A stretch of DNA of 64,000 nucleotides from Podarcis erhardii (lineage: Eukaryota). Shown piece by piece: positions 23,151 to 36,654 of this stretch (its first letter is position 1; every line of letters begins with the position of its first letter). The notes under the pieces were generated by a model. The model saw only the letters and a list, made by a program, of their open reading frames with translations, made no database searches and was not told the DNA's origin. Made by a program: the position numbers and the translations under genes. The DNA lies in assembly GCA_964252035.1 (NCBI GenBank), contig OZ176208.1, one strand, 5' to 3'.

Positions 23151-26100
23151 TTAATTCCCAATACTCAGATGCCCTGAGCATGTGCAAAAGACTATCCTAA
23201 TCGAGGATGGGACTTGCAATACCCCCTCCACATGCACACACAGAGAGATTTTCTACCACATTCACATACACTAACCACTTTTTCATATTCTTAATCAGGG
23301 AGATTAAAATAGTGTGAAAGTAGTAGGTGTTTTTCCTCATATGACAGTAATGCTTATACTGTACCAAATTAATACAAAGTGTAAAAATATGATCAGGTGA
23401 TCTAACACTTATGATACCTGAATTGGAAATGCATGTTTTAAAATCCTAGCTCTATCTGAACTCCTTTGATTAGTTTAGTGTTCAAATATATATTAAAAAT
23501 CAGTCCAATTAGCCATATGAAATGCACAGTCTCAGTATCCAACAACAAAGGAATACAGAGAATAGAATCTAATCAAACACAACTCTCTGTATGATAGAAT
23601 TATGATCAGACCCCCTCCCTGACTCAGTTTGGAATTGGGTAAACAATAACAAGCATTGTCAGAGAGTTTAAAAATAATACTTGCTTTATGATACGATCTA
23701 GGCAAATAGGTATGGGGAACCAAAACTTTCAAATGTTGGTTATAATCTATGTTATAAATATAGTAGCCTATTCTTTGTATTTTCTTATCCAGGGGCATTA
23801 TTTATTCCTGATATTTGAGCACCATAACAAAAAAATCTGGGTTGTGTGGAAGAGGAAGCAGCTACATTTGTTCCAGTTACAGCCATTAACTCTAGTCAAG
23901 GTGCCTTTCAGCTGGAAGCGATGACAGATAGGTAACATTCCCACTATCAGATGCATCGGGGGACAGCAGGAGACAAAGTGCACTGGGATACAGGTGCACC
24001 TTTTCCAGAGCACTAGCAAGATGAATGCACCTATTGTCATCGCTCCCCTGCCTCCCCTTAGCCATTAATATGACAGCATTGTAATTGATGGCATGACATG
24101 GGACCTGTTCTGAAATTTCTTTCCTCTCCTTTAAAGCTACCCCGTGTAGCTTTTGGACAGAGCACGGTTATCTAATGTGTCAACAGATCCGTCTTCCAAT
24201 TTCAATCCATGCCATCCCGGTAATGACAGAAAATCACACAGACTTGTAACACAAAGAAGTTATTTTCTAGGCCCAATGATGTCTGTATTAGCCGTGGTGC
24301 CCTGCAGTGGTCGGTTACATAGCAATGTCTTAAGGTCAGAGAGATATTTATCAGGGTAGGAAGAAATGTCAACGTAATTCAACTCATCAATCTACCGTAG
24401 CAAGATATTTTGCATTTTAATGCTCTTCATTTTACTTAAACGCTTCCCCGGATGCACTATCCAAATTGAAAAAAGAAAGAGTTCAACAGCTCTGCTTCAG
24501 ACTATGCTGTGTACCATAGATCATCAGTATGCATTAAACAAATGAAATGCTCTAGAGTCCAGGGCAATCTATAAGTGAATGTGCAGATTATGAATAACAC
24601 AATTTCCTTTCCATTCTAATAATTGCCAGAAAAATATGGAACCCCTTGGAAATTAATGGAAACATTTTGAACATAATTACAATTTTAAGCTTGGCTTTAT
24701 AATTACTTACCAGCCCATCAGTATGTCACACCTGGGAATTTTACCAAATAGCCTCAAGTGTTACCGTAATGCCCACAAAATTTGTTCAGGCTTTGAATCT
24801 GCAACCAGATTTGTCTGAAATATAAGGCATCACCATGCCAAGTATCTATCTGTAAGAAAGAATTGATAGCTGTAGTGTGATTAACTTTGGCTTTGTATGT
24901 TGCTTTCAGTGTTAAGAGAAAAAGAGTGTTAAGAGTGTTAAGAGAAAAAGTGTTAAGAGAAAAAGAAAAGAATGTGGTATCTTGCACTTAACTAACAATA
25001 CACTTATTGGAAGTCTTCTAGTTTCCTCTGAGAAATAAATTTATAGGATGCTGCTTCAATTTCACCACAGATATATGAACTACACCTTTTCATTAGAAAC
25101 ATTGGCTTATTTAATTCTTAGAATGTAAAATGAAAGTTATTTATGGAAATCATTTCAAACTTGAGTGAATTGGTTTCAAAATTACCTTTTCAGTCACAGC
25201 TTCCATTTTATAACAGCTTTCTGCCTGATAGCGATTGACCTACTGGGTAGTTCTCAAAATGCTCTTTATGAAGCAGGCGTCAGACAAGTAAGTACTTTTC
25301 ACATCTTGAGATATGGAACCTGTAGAAACACTAGACCACTAAGCACTGTGGAAATACTGGCAGAACAGCCTGGAGAACAGCCTGGCAGAACGTTCATATA
25401 TGCTGTCTCAATAGAATGTGGATTTGGATAAGGGAGACCAAGAGTTGAATTTTATTTATTTATTTTAAGTAGTTAAATGCCTCTTTTCATGCTCACCTAG
25501 TGGTTTACAAAGCTCACCACAGGTGTACACTGTGAGAACAAAACCCATAAGACTAATAAAAATTGCTATATACTGTCAATTTTGGCTTTGCTCATGAAAT
25601 CTTGCTTCCACCGCTTCCCTTCAAAACCTAAAATTACACCTCTGATGTTTAACACTTAGGGTTTTTCTTTTCTTTTCTTTTCTTAAAAAAAAAAACATGT
25701 TCCTGATTTACAGTTCATTCTATACTTTTAATATGTTGAGGAAATAATTATAGATTCAGAAATGTCTACACTGAGTCACATGAATGTATTTAAGGAAATT
25801 CATAATCATTCAAAGCTGTAATTTTCAAGTTAGAGGAATAATCAGACTCAATAGGATGTTTCATTAAAAAGAAACACACTGAACAGCTGCATTATGGCAT
25901 TATTTCAAAGAACTCCTTCCAGCCTTTTGGAAAGAGATTTAATTTAAGATGACAGCCATATTTATGGTGCTTGTTTGTCATGTGGAATTGTTTGTTTTGG
26001 CAAACCGTTAGTGTCAAACGATTATAATTTTATTGATGTAATATTTTCTTTTGCTATGGCAGAGCCTGCAAGTACAATTGTACTTAGAGATACTGGAAGC

Positions 26101-26449
26101 CTCTCCCTGCCCCCAGAAATACACATTTCAGAATAGCAGTAATGGTATATCTTAGTTTTAAAGCTAATACTTGATGTATAAAATACTTAGGAGGGCAATA
26201 TAATACTTTGATGCGAAGTTTTCAAAAGTTTGGTTTGCCTGGTTTTAAGTTATTGATAGGTCTGATTGATCTGGAATGCAAGATATTTACCAGAGTGACA
26301 GCAGTGTGGGGGTAACTATAAAATGTGGTTACATTTAGTGTTGTCACCAACATTTATATTTGCAAATACAAGCAACAGTTATGAACCTGTGAGCTTTTCT
26401 CCAGCTTAGATTTTACTGCAAGTCAAGCTAGAGAACAACTTATTCATCA

Positions 26450-26790
26450 TTTATTTATTTCATAAAAATTATACACTGCTTGATTGTAAAACAAAAACAA
26501 AAACTGAGAGCGGTTTTGAAAAGATAAAATAGCAAAATCAAGAAAAAAATACAGCCCTGCTTTAAAACATACAAAAGTTTAAAATACTAAAGCCGCCTAA
26601 AAAGACACCAACTTTCTAAGCAGCTGGGCAGGCTTGTCTAAACAGGAATATTTTTAGCAGGCACCAAAGGGAATACAGTGAAGGCATCGATATCGATAGG
26701 TAGGGAGGTCCAAAGTATAGACGCTGCCACACTAAGTGATTGAGTTCGTATAAATGTGGATCGGGTATTACACGGCACCTGTAGTAATGC
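26450..26790 (-). mobile_element. Old L2-like LINE 3' fragment
   Basis: tttatttattt tail. Reverse complement contains ...cctgctaaaaatattcctgtttagacaagcc (LLK..LFRQA-like). Confidence 0.5.
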
Positions 26791-27122
26791 CTTAAATCTT
26801 AAGATTTAAATCTTAAATCTTCCCTCCCACAAGTTGACCATCCAGCCCATTATTTGGAATGTTATTTGAAGCCTGAGTTGGGGAGTTTGCCCCATCATTA
26901 GTTAAAACTGGTTAAAGCACTGGTGGGAAACTTGCAGCCGTCCAGGTGCTTCTGTGGTAGAACCTCCCTGTTGGAGTCCAAACAACATGGGCAGGGGAAC
27001 GATAGGTTTCTCACAAAGTGTCAAAATAGTAAAGAGCAATGACTTGTGGCACCGTTACTCTATATTTACGTTTCTCATCCCCCTTGGCTCTCATTCTAGT
27101 GTTTTCCCTCAAAAATCTAGAA

Positions 27123-27258
27123 CAGTTTCTCCCAAACTTGGATCTCCAGCTGTTTTTGGACTACAGTTCCCATCATTCCTGACCACTGGTCCTGCTAGCT
27201 AGCGATGGTGGGAGTTGTAGTCCAAAAACAGCTGGAGACCCAAGTTTGGGAAACCCTG
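27123..27258. mobile_element. hAT (Charlie-like) MITE, well preserved
   Basis: Near-palindromic body (cccaaacttggatctccagctgtttttggactac / gtagtccaaaaacagctggagacccaagtttggg), perfect 8-bp TSD atctagaa. Confidence 0.88.
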
Positions 27259-29825
27259 ATCTAGAATGTAGTAGTTATGCCATCACTGATTTTGCTATAA
27301 GGAAAGCACCTTCTATATCTATGCCCGTCTCTCTCTCTCCCTTTTAAAATCTGAACCAGGTGCAGTCCCTAGTTTTGATGCCTGGGTGCATCAGTTACAT
27401 CTGACCCTTGATATCATAGAAGTAGTGATGGTTGGGAGAGTCTTTGGTCTGAGGAAGATTCGGATTTCCATCAGCTTCCCATGATGTCTCTTTTCAGTCT
27501 GTAGCCTTGGTATACTTTTGGTTCTGAAACTGCGCCAGTCCAGGAGTTGAGTTCAGTTTTAATTAAACTATAATGTTGTAATGTTATCTGCCCTGAGCTT
27601 TTAGGATGAGGTGGACAGGATAACGGAGAGGATTGCACCAAAAGTGATTCTTCCTTGAGAGAATGGGCTATTTAACTGAATGCATATAAACCTTCCTCAA
27701 TAAACAGATTTGATCAACGTGGAGTTGTGGCCATAGACAGTGCTTGGTGTAAAGATGATCAGCTCTTTTTTGAGTTTGGAGACTGCGGCTTCTCCAAACT
27801 TATCCTCACTTTCTTGGTTTAATCACTAGGCTGAGTGTTCTAAAGTGATAGACCAGGCTTGTAAATAACCACTCAACCAGTTGCCTCTCGCAAATGAGAA
27901 ATGCCTCCTGATAAAAATATGTGGAATTCTGTTGCAGTAGTTTTCCCTGGCTAACACAGGTATATGTAGGCTAGTAACAATTTTTAGTAACGTTCATGGG
28001 CTTTCTTATCAGGCTGGTCTTGTCAAAAAAGCAGCCTGCAGTACCAGACTGGTTGTACTGTGATGACAGTATAGCTTATAGTTTATAATATAAGGTAAGT
28101 ATTGGTAGCTGTGTCTTTGAATATAATATTCATGTTCAGTTATTTGTGAAGTGAGAACCAACCATGACCACCCTGCTACAGACATGTAGAGATAAACAGA
28201 GCTGAAGGTATGCCCCATACCTCTCGCAGCAGGTGTTTCGTGTTTCCACCTTTCTGTCACCTCCAATATGGTGGTAATTTTAATGCACAGGTGTGAATCA
28301 CAAGCATGAAATGGGCGATGGTAACAGCTGGAGACATGTATACTAAAACTGGTGGCAGAGGGCTCTGAGCTGGCCTGAGAGATGATCTCTGAATTTTGGG
28401 TTAGAGAATAAAGGCACGAGTAGCTCCATTTGTGAGATTGCATTGGCAGCACTTTTCTCTTGTGTTTAATTCTGAGATTTTAGTCACTTAAAAGTGCACG
28501 TATTCCTACTGGAAACAAATTGATCCAATAAGATATTGTGGTGCATTTCTATATCTCTTTATACCTGCAGGATAGTGGGAAAGTTTCCTTGTTGTTTTGT
28601 TGCTGTCTACCATGCCTGCTGTTTGCAATGTGTAAAATGTTTATGACGAGCTTGATGTGTGCCAAAAACCAGCAGGCCCACTGGTGGGAAGATTATCATC
28701 ATCCAGATATAATAAAAAGCTTCTAGAAAAGTGCCTGTAATACAGGCTTATTTTTCTGGCATTGACAAAGATTTCTATTTATTTTAGTAGTGCCCGCTAG
28801 CGCCATTGTATTTAAGGGGCTCTTAGTATTTTCATTAGAAATTCATTTTCAGGACTTTTAAACTCAGCTGGAAACATTTTGCTTGAGGATGAATGTTATA
28901 TAGAGGATTTCTGCCAAGGGCAGCTTCCTCTACTTCCCTCTGATTGGAGATTTATGAAAGATCAATAATTAGTGCCTAATTGAAGCTTTTCTCACATTAA
29001 CCACTGATAACTAATTTCTTTCCTGAAATAATAACACTGTTTCCGAAGTACAAGCACATAGAAGAAGTTGAGGCTGTTACCGCTTGGGTGATGGCTTCAA
29101 TAACAAGTAAAAGCAATCAACATCTAGATACGTGTGTGTGTGTGTGTGTGTTTACAACCCCACTCATCATTAAATATTTTCAATCCCAGAGCAGGGAATG
29201 ATGAAATAAGAGTAAGTACAAAAATATACAGAAAAAATATACTCCATAAGAACAATAGATCCAATAAACAAATTGACAGCTCCATCATAAAGCAAACAAA
29301 GCTAAACTGCATTGAGGACAATTGGAATTCCTAATTTAACCAAATAGGACATACAACTGGATAAACAACAAAACAGGTTTAACAACAGTTCCCACTCTAA
29401 TCTGGTACAGCCCACTTACTCCTCCTTTGTCTCTTGCACAAAAAGGGTCCCACTCTGTGCCAAGAGACTCTCACCCGTGGCTTTTGAGCAGCTTGGACAA
29501 CTTTCGCTCCCACCGTCCAATCCACCTGATCGGCATGAAGAGTTGTCCACAAGCATCCACAGCAAAATACCCCCCCTCCACAACACCAACTGAGCAAAAA
29601 ATGAACACAAAAGAGAAAGAAGGTAGCCATCAGCCACAGCTGTTGTTTCTCTCCTCTTCCCACTTCCTATAATACTCAGATCTTAAAGTTTGATAGGGCT
29701 ACTGTGGAATAATGTGCAGGTGGATGACATCTCCCAAGTCTGTGCTTTTTGCTACATACAGCAGTCAACCTTTCACAGTATAAACCGAGGGGCAAGCAAA
29801 GGTTTGAATATGCTCTGGAAAAGTT

Positions 29826-30156
29826 AAGGTAAAGGGACCCCTGACCATTAGGTCCAGTAGTGGCCGACTCTGGGGTTACGACACTCATCTCGCTTTATTG
29901 GCCAAGGCAGCCGGCGTGCAGCTTCTGGGTCATGTGGCCAACATGACTAAGCCGCTTCTGGCAAACCAGAGCAGCGCATGGACACGCCGTTACCTTCCCG
30001 CCGGAGCAGTACCTATTTATCTATTTGCACTTTGTGCTTTTGAACTGCTAGGTTGGCAGGAGCAGGGACCGAGCAATGGGAGCTCACCCTGTCGTGGGGA
30101 TTCGAACCGCTGACCTTCTGATTGGCAAGTCCTAGGCTCCGTGGTTTAACCCACAG
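29826..30156 (-). mobile_element. Sauria SINE (Squam1), slightly 5'-truncated
   Basis: Matches the reverse complement of the copies at 53.2 and 58.0 kb, including B box ggttcgaatcc. Confidence 0.9.
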
Positions 30157-30603
30157 TAGAACCAGATTATTAAGCTATCCATACACCACTCCAACAGTAG
30201 CTCATCTGTTGCTTCAGTTTGCTCTGACAGGACTCCAGCACCCATCAGTCCCAGACAGTGTGATCAGGAATGCTGGGAGTTGTCATCCAACATTATTTGG
30301 GGAGAACCATCTTGGCTACCTCAGCTTTTGGCCTTTGGCCTCATGTAAAATGGGACTCCTGCCATGCTTACATTATTTTAGGAGCACCCCCTTGAAGATA
30401 ATGTGCCTATCCTGTTTCTTGAACTGGATTCTTTACAAAAAACAGTTCATTCACTTCTTCTACGTAAAAAGGCATGTCTAGCTCCAATTACATTTACTGA
30501 AAATGACATTGACCTTGCTAATGCAAAGAGCAGAATGATTGTACATTATTGGTACACAGTGGCCCCATTCACACATTGTGCTAATCCAAACTGTGCTTAG
30601 GCA

Positions 30604-30854
30604 GATACTCACAGTGAAAATCCTGGTTGCTTTTCTCCTTCTTCAGTCTTACTGCTGCCATGCTGCCAAGAGCTAAGCAATGTTCTTATGTAGTGTTATA
30701 TCCAAACCTGGTTTCATAGTTTGTCACACTCCAGGAAAACTACGAGTCCAGATGTGGATGTAATGCTAAGACCAAGAATGGATTAGCATTGGGTAGCATG
30801 GTGGCAGCAGGACCCGGGGAGAAGGAAATGGCTGCAGTTTTTACTCTGGGTACC
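30604..30854. repeat. Long degenerate foldback element
   Basis: Arms pair from outside in: actgctgccatgctgcc / ggtagcatggtggcagcagg, tagtgttatatcca / tggatgtaatgcta, ctggtttcatagttt / aaactacgagtccag. Confidence 0.65.
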
Positions 30855-32029
30855 CACACAGTCATGGGTTCACACATAGCCATGGTTTGGCTTAGTGTTA
30901 TATACATACAGGGTCACTATTCTGCTTGGAGTCATCTTGGTTCAGATAAATCCCCAAACAGTGTTTTAATGTGTATGACTAGCTCAACAAAAACATTTGT
31001 CTTTGGAATGAATAATTAAGGGACAAAGTCAGCAGAATTAATGTTCCAATATTCAAATAAAAAATGCTTCCCATGTATTAATATGGATGATCCATTTAAA
31101 AGAATCTGACAACTCCACATAAAGATATTTCCAGGCTTTTATCCAACTTGCCTTCTGAACATTTACAGGAATATTCTTGTTACTAATGGCTTTTTTGGAT
31201 TTAATAGCTATGCAAAACAATGGGTAGCCCATTGGCAGACTTGCATTTTTGATATTCCCAGAACTGCTTGTGAACATGTGTCACAGTAGTAATTACCAGC
31301 AGAATAATAATAAAGTTTGTTGCATTATCTTTTTGTGGGGGTATAAAATTGTTAGTTTAGTAGGCATAAATCAGCAGCCTTCCTGCCTATTTGAAATACA
31401 GTATTAATTGGATATGGGCAAGCAAATCTAATAGTTTTCTGTCTAAAAGGTGATAAAATAAAAACCATATCCTAAATGTGTTTGGGGAGGAGAATATTTT
31501 TCCCATTCCATTCCTTTATTGTTCCTCTGATTCGCATTGTCCTGATTTCTCGATTCCTGAATCTCAGTTTTGCTAAGGAGATTCCTAAAATGAAAACCGG
31601 AATTGGACCACGCACAGTTTGCCACCATTTTTCCCCTTAAGTTTTCATCTTTCTCCTTTACTAATGTGCATGTGTGCACTGAAAGAACACTGCAAAAAAT
31701 ATTTTTTTTAATGTGATTGCAGGTACGATTGCTTCAAGAATCTTTTTGTGCGGTGTTTTATTGGTGAACACATGCACTCCTATGCACTGATAAAACATAG
31801 CATGCAATAATCTAGACACAGTGCACAAGCAGCTTAAACCAGCAGCTGCCCTAAACTGATATTCATCCCTATACACCTCTCAGCACTAGGAGCAGGGGAT
31901 ACCACTTGCAGTGCCATGCCAACATCCACCTGAAACCTACATTGCTCTGATAACCCGACATTAAACTACTGCTATGTTATCTGTATCTATGTTATCTGCT
32001 ATGTTGTCTGTCCTGAAGACAGACTATAA

Positions 32030-32170
32030 GCACAAATGGTGTTAAATGCAGCAGCCAGGGTACTCACTGTTGCTGCAAGGTGGAATCATGTGTCGCTGAC
32101 CTTAAATATCTTCCTGCTCACTACCAGGCTCAGTTTTAAGGAGCTAACTTTGATCTATAAAGCCCTACGC
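32030..32170 (+). mobile_element. L2-like LINE RT C-terminal fragment
   Basis: VLNAAARVLT...FKELTLIYKAL, similar to the L2 motif VQNAAARLLT...FKVLVLTYKAL. Confidence 0.7.
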
Positions 32171-32224
32171 AGCACAGATCGACAAATATTTGAAGGAGTG
32201 CCTGTCCTATTACTTGTTGACTTG

Positions 32225-32325
32225 TGCAGGAGATGCCCTGCTCGTAGTTCTACTAACAGGGATAGTTCACCATGCAGGAGTTGCCTTGCTCGTAGTTCTA
32301 CTAACAGCGATAGTTCACCCTGCAG
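32225..32325 (+). repeat. 48-bp tandem duplication (2 copies plus a partial)
   Basis: tgcaggagatgccctgctcgtagttctactaacagggatagttcacca repeated at 32225 and 32273. Confidence 0.85.
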
Positions 32326-32480
32326 CAGTGCTGAGCTGGGCTTTCTCATTAAGGCACTCAGATGTGGAATTCCTTCCTACTGGAAATATGGCTGTCCCTC
32401 ACACGGTCTCCCTTATTTCAGCCTTATGGAGATGGCTGATAAAAGAATTGGTTTATTCTCCTGCTAGGTTGCCATTGTAT

Positions 32481-33133
32481 TGTTATGAATCTGTGGGTGC
32501 AAAAAACACCCCAAATTCTGGATCAAGTTAATGTTAGAATTTAATTAAGGTTGGGATGGTAGAACCAGGAAAAAGCAAGACCTGTGTGCATTTAAGGTGT
32601 GTGTTAGCCACTGTTAATCCCATGGAATTAGCATATATGAAGAGTTAATTAACCAAGGCAAATTTCCTAAATTGTGTATCATCCACCCTTTTTGGTCTTA
32701 GGCAATCAACACATGTAAAAGCCATTTCCCTTTGGGGTAAAATCCCTGGGGGTAATGATATGTTAGCACAACAAAGCATTTAAAAAAGAAACAGATGTGA
32801 GAATGCAGATGAGTGGGCCCTTTTTCTGTGTTACAAAAGACTTAAGTTAGCAAATTTAGAACAGGTAAGATGTGACTGTTCTCAGGGAAAGGCAAGCTGC
32901 AGGGCAGGGATGCTGCTGGCCTTGGGAGAAGTTGGCGCCACTTGGGATGTGATGTTCTGAATTCATCTCCATCTAGGCTTCAGGTTGTATATATGTGTAA
33001 ATAAACCATACATCATAAAGGCACCACAGACTCCACTGTGCCTCATTCCCAAAGGAAACAGAAACCCTGGGTAAGTGGCTGGAACCCCCGAAGTCTTGCT
33101 CACCACTTGACAAAGATGGGGTGGTGTGTAACA
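32481..33133 (+). mobile_element. Probable solo LTR
   Basis: Begins tgtta and ends taaca (5-bp inverted termini, TG..CA), AATAAA near 33000, flanks gtat / atat (4-bp TSD with one mismatch). The left boundary could instead be 32532. Confidence 0.5.
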
Positions 33134-34037
33134 ATATTATGTTTATTGGTTTTATGGTTTTTATGTGATAGCCATGTGTTCACTTTAATGAATGGTTTAT
33201 AAACTGTCAGCAAGCTTCAGGCTGAAGGACAGGTTTACATATCTAATGAAGATTTTTAGCCCTTTGGGGCAGAAATCGTACAGCATTTAAGATATTGTTG
33301 GCACACGTTAAAGTAGTAGTAAGGGCAGTAACAAACTTATAGAACTCATCAGCTGGAAGAATATATTTCATGGACTTCTTTATGACCAATAACAGATACT
33401 CAAATTAAGGAAAACTGTTTATTGGGGGAAATCCTGGGAAATAACAGTGCCTTGGACCACTAATTATTCATGCACAATGTTGCATCTAGATAGGAAATCC
33501 TGCTTTCTGTGCTATTGCTTTTAATAACAACATTCATAGAGTGTTGTCCTCCCACTCATCATCTTCCCCATTGTCTTCCAATGGAGTTTATTTGTTTCAA
33601 TTCTTTTCCATTAGAAATGGAGTCTGACATTTTAAAAAATGTTCTAAATGCTATACTTTGTTATGCATTAGCTTTGCTTTTCAATCAGTGATAAAAGCAG
33701 TTTCATAGAAAGGATTTTTAGTAACTACTTCTCCGTGGGCACTTACTGTATTAAATTACGTTTGGTTTATATGTACTGGAAAAGTTTCAATAATACAAAT
33801 GGCTCCAAACTTTAGCTTTTATATAACACTTCTGTAACAGCCTCTTGAATTGTTATCCATTAAACCCTTTTAAGCATAAGAAAATAAATCACACATCATT
33901 ACTTAATCATACTGAAAATATTTTTTAAAGAGTGGCTTGTGTTTAGAGATGCACAGAATAGGCATTTTATACAAGCAAAAGATTTTGTCATGAAAATGTT
34001 CATAAACTTTTAAAAATATATGTGGTGTGAGCAGAGG

Positions 34038-34041
<4 letters not shown>

Positions 34042-34075
<34 letters not shown>
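34042..34075. repeat. (AC)n microsatellite
   Basis: Direct reading. Confidence 0.95.
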
Positions 34076-34077
<2 letters not shown>

Positions 34078-34357
34078 GTGTCCCCACCAAGCTCTGCTGA
34101 GATGTCATTTAAAAAAAGATTCTACATCAATCTGTTTAATGATCAAGCATAATTTTTTCTGTACTATATGTTAGTTTAGACATTGGGATAGGATTTGGTG
34201 ATTAGTTGGTGAGTATGAAAATAGGGAGGATGAGGCATGTATTTCAAGACAGGGCCATGGAGATGGAAGCTACTTTCAGTATAAAATTCCACACATACAC
34301 ATCTACAAAATCAGGCATATTTACCTTTACCAGGAACAACTGGGAAAGCATTTTTAG

Positions 34358-34416
<59 letters not shown>

Positions 34417-34418
34417 TC
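34358..34418. repeat. (CTTT)n microsatellite
   Basis: Direct reading. Confidence 0.95.
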
Positions 34419-36654
34419 CACCAGTAGAATACTATTGGGCTTGGAATTCCAAGAGTCTTTAGATAATCATAAGCTTTGCATTCAGAATCTAGCAAGTGGA
34501 ACATATATATATATACCCCTCACCTGATAAGAACTCTTCCAGTTCAAAGGGTATGTATGTGTAGCACAAAGTCCTCTCACATTTAGAAGTTTGTTCCAGT
34601 GAAGGATTACACTACCTTCCTCTTGTTGGATGGAAAGGCTTTAGAGATGGGGTGCAGAGTGCTTTTTGTATCTGAGAACAGAAGCTTTCCAATCCAGTAA
34701 GGAAAATATAAAAACACACCCATTGTTGGATCACAAAACCTTTGGGATATAAGGCACATGTGGTCTAGCACAGCCCAACGGATACAATGAGCTCTGGGAT
34801 ATGTAGTTTCCAGGGTTCCTGGTGCTATGCTAAAGATTTAGGTACCTTGAAGAACTATATTTCATTGGATCCCTGGTCATCGAGACACTGTATAGTGGAT
34901 ACAGCATAGATAAGGATGGTATCCAACAAAGTGGGAAGGAAAGGTGTAGCAACAGAGACCCGTGTTAGCACCAGTGAACTTCTTATGGGCTGGGCTTGAA
35001 CTCAGATGGAGGTTGTGTTCAGTTCTTAATCAATTGTAGGGGGCAACCTTGTAAGTTCATTGTTATGAGCTCCCTATTTCTGTACATGGGCACCATCACT
35101 CTTCCTATAATGCCAAATTCCTTGTTGGAGATTTTACGCATTCACATTTTCGTGACATCTTAACGATGGCCTTTTCCCTTTTCTGTCATTAAAACACACA
35201 TAAACTGCTTTACTATTTATGATAGACCTGTACAACATGTGACCTCCGAAACTGAATGCAACACACCAGCCATGTATAACCATTTGTTTTTCTTATCAGC
35301 CAGGGTTGCAGTAGACAAAGGAACTGTCAAGTATTTGGTGATTAGAATGTGTGTTGTTTAGTGAGGCATGGATTGTTAATACATTAAACTACAGAGACAG
35401 TGAAGTGGACATGGCTATAAGAGTAGGCTTCATATAACCAGAAAATTCTGTCAGCTGGCCAGAGGCCACGTGGAAAGCATTTTGTGTGATTCAGCATGTA
35501 GAAATATAGCTGGCATTAATTTGTATCATATTTCCCTTTTGCCGTGCAAGAATACATCTTGCATTCATCGCCTTCTCTTTAGTTTTTCAAGAACATTATC
35601 AAGGAGCACATAATCAAAGGCAAGGTTAAGAGGGAACTTGAACAGACAGAAAAGTCAAGGTTTTTTGAGTCACATAGGTATGACCTGAATGATAAGTTTT
35701 GAGTGAGAGTTACAATTTGACAATGAGTATTGTGTAAAACCTTCTGCTCCTTTTTAACAAGAAGAGAGGAGAGAGGAAACACTTAAGAAGATACCCTTTA
35801 ATTTCCCTGATCTCCTATGAACTTGATATTATGCTCTTCTATAAACAAAAGAAATCCATAGCAATCTAGAAGAGGAGGAGAACAAATTTAATTCTGAGAA
35901 GCTTACAGTTTGATGCATTGGAACATTTATCTTTAAAATACACCTCACACCATTGTATTCATGTGCCTTGGGGGAGATAAAGTTGTCCAAAATGAAAGAT
36001 GCATCCTGCAGTAAACAGGAAATACACTAGTTTCTAAGGTACTTACACATGTATTCTCAAGAAAACCTCAGATCGTTTTCTTCTTTAATGAAATGATAGG
36101 GTTTTGCCAGTCTCTGTAACACAAAAACACTTTTAATTATAGATGTATTCAAGCAGCTGCTCTAGTACAGCAGCTTTGCCAGTTTTCACGGCCACAGATG
36201 TCCTACAGAAGCAGCTGTGTTTGTTTAGTTTGAATTCAAGTTGTGTGTCATTACTTATAATTGTGGTTATTTTAGCCACCCAACCTCTTTTGTTACTTAA
36301 CATCAAGGTTTTTCTTGCTTCTGTTGAGAGATGTAAAAATATCTTTGTCACCCTTTTGACATATCTTTTTTGCTTTATGCACTGTGGCAATATTAAGCAA
36401 GCAAATTAATTTTCACATGTGAGCAAGATCTCAAATATTACACACAACTGATGGGGAAGAGTATGAATGAAGGCAAAAGCATAGGGCTTCTCCCAAATAG
36501 GATTTGTTTTATTTGCTTTCCCCATTTTTGTGTATCATCGATCCATCCTTTTGGGCAGTGGCCATCATTTCTTTCTTTTTGTTTTCAACTTTATTCCAAC
36601 TTACATGAATTATCATTATTATTTACTAAATTTCTATGCTGTCATTCATCCAAG

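Noticed and set aside
29160-29690. LTR-like minus-strand segment (TATA-like box then purine-rich tract)
   Set aside because: No TG..CA termini, TSD or poly(A) signal could be fixed
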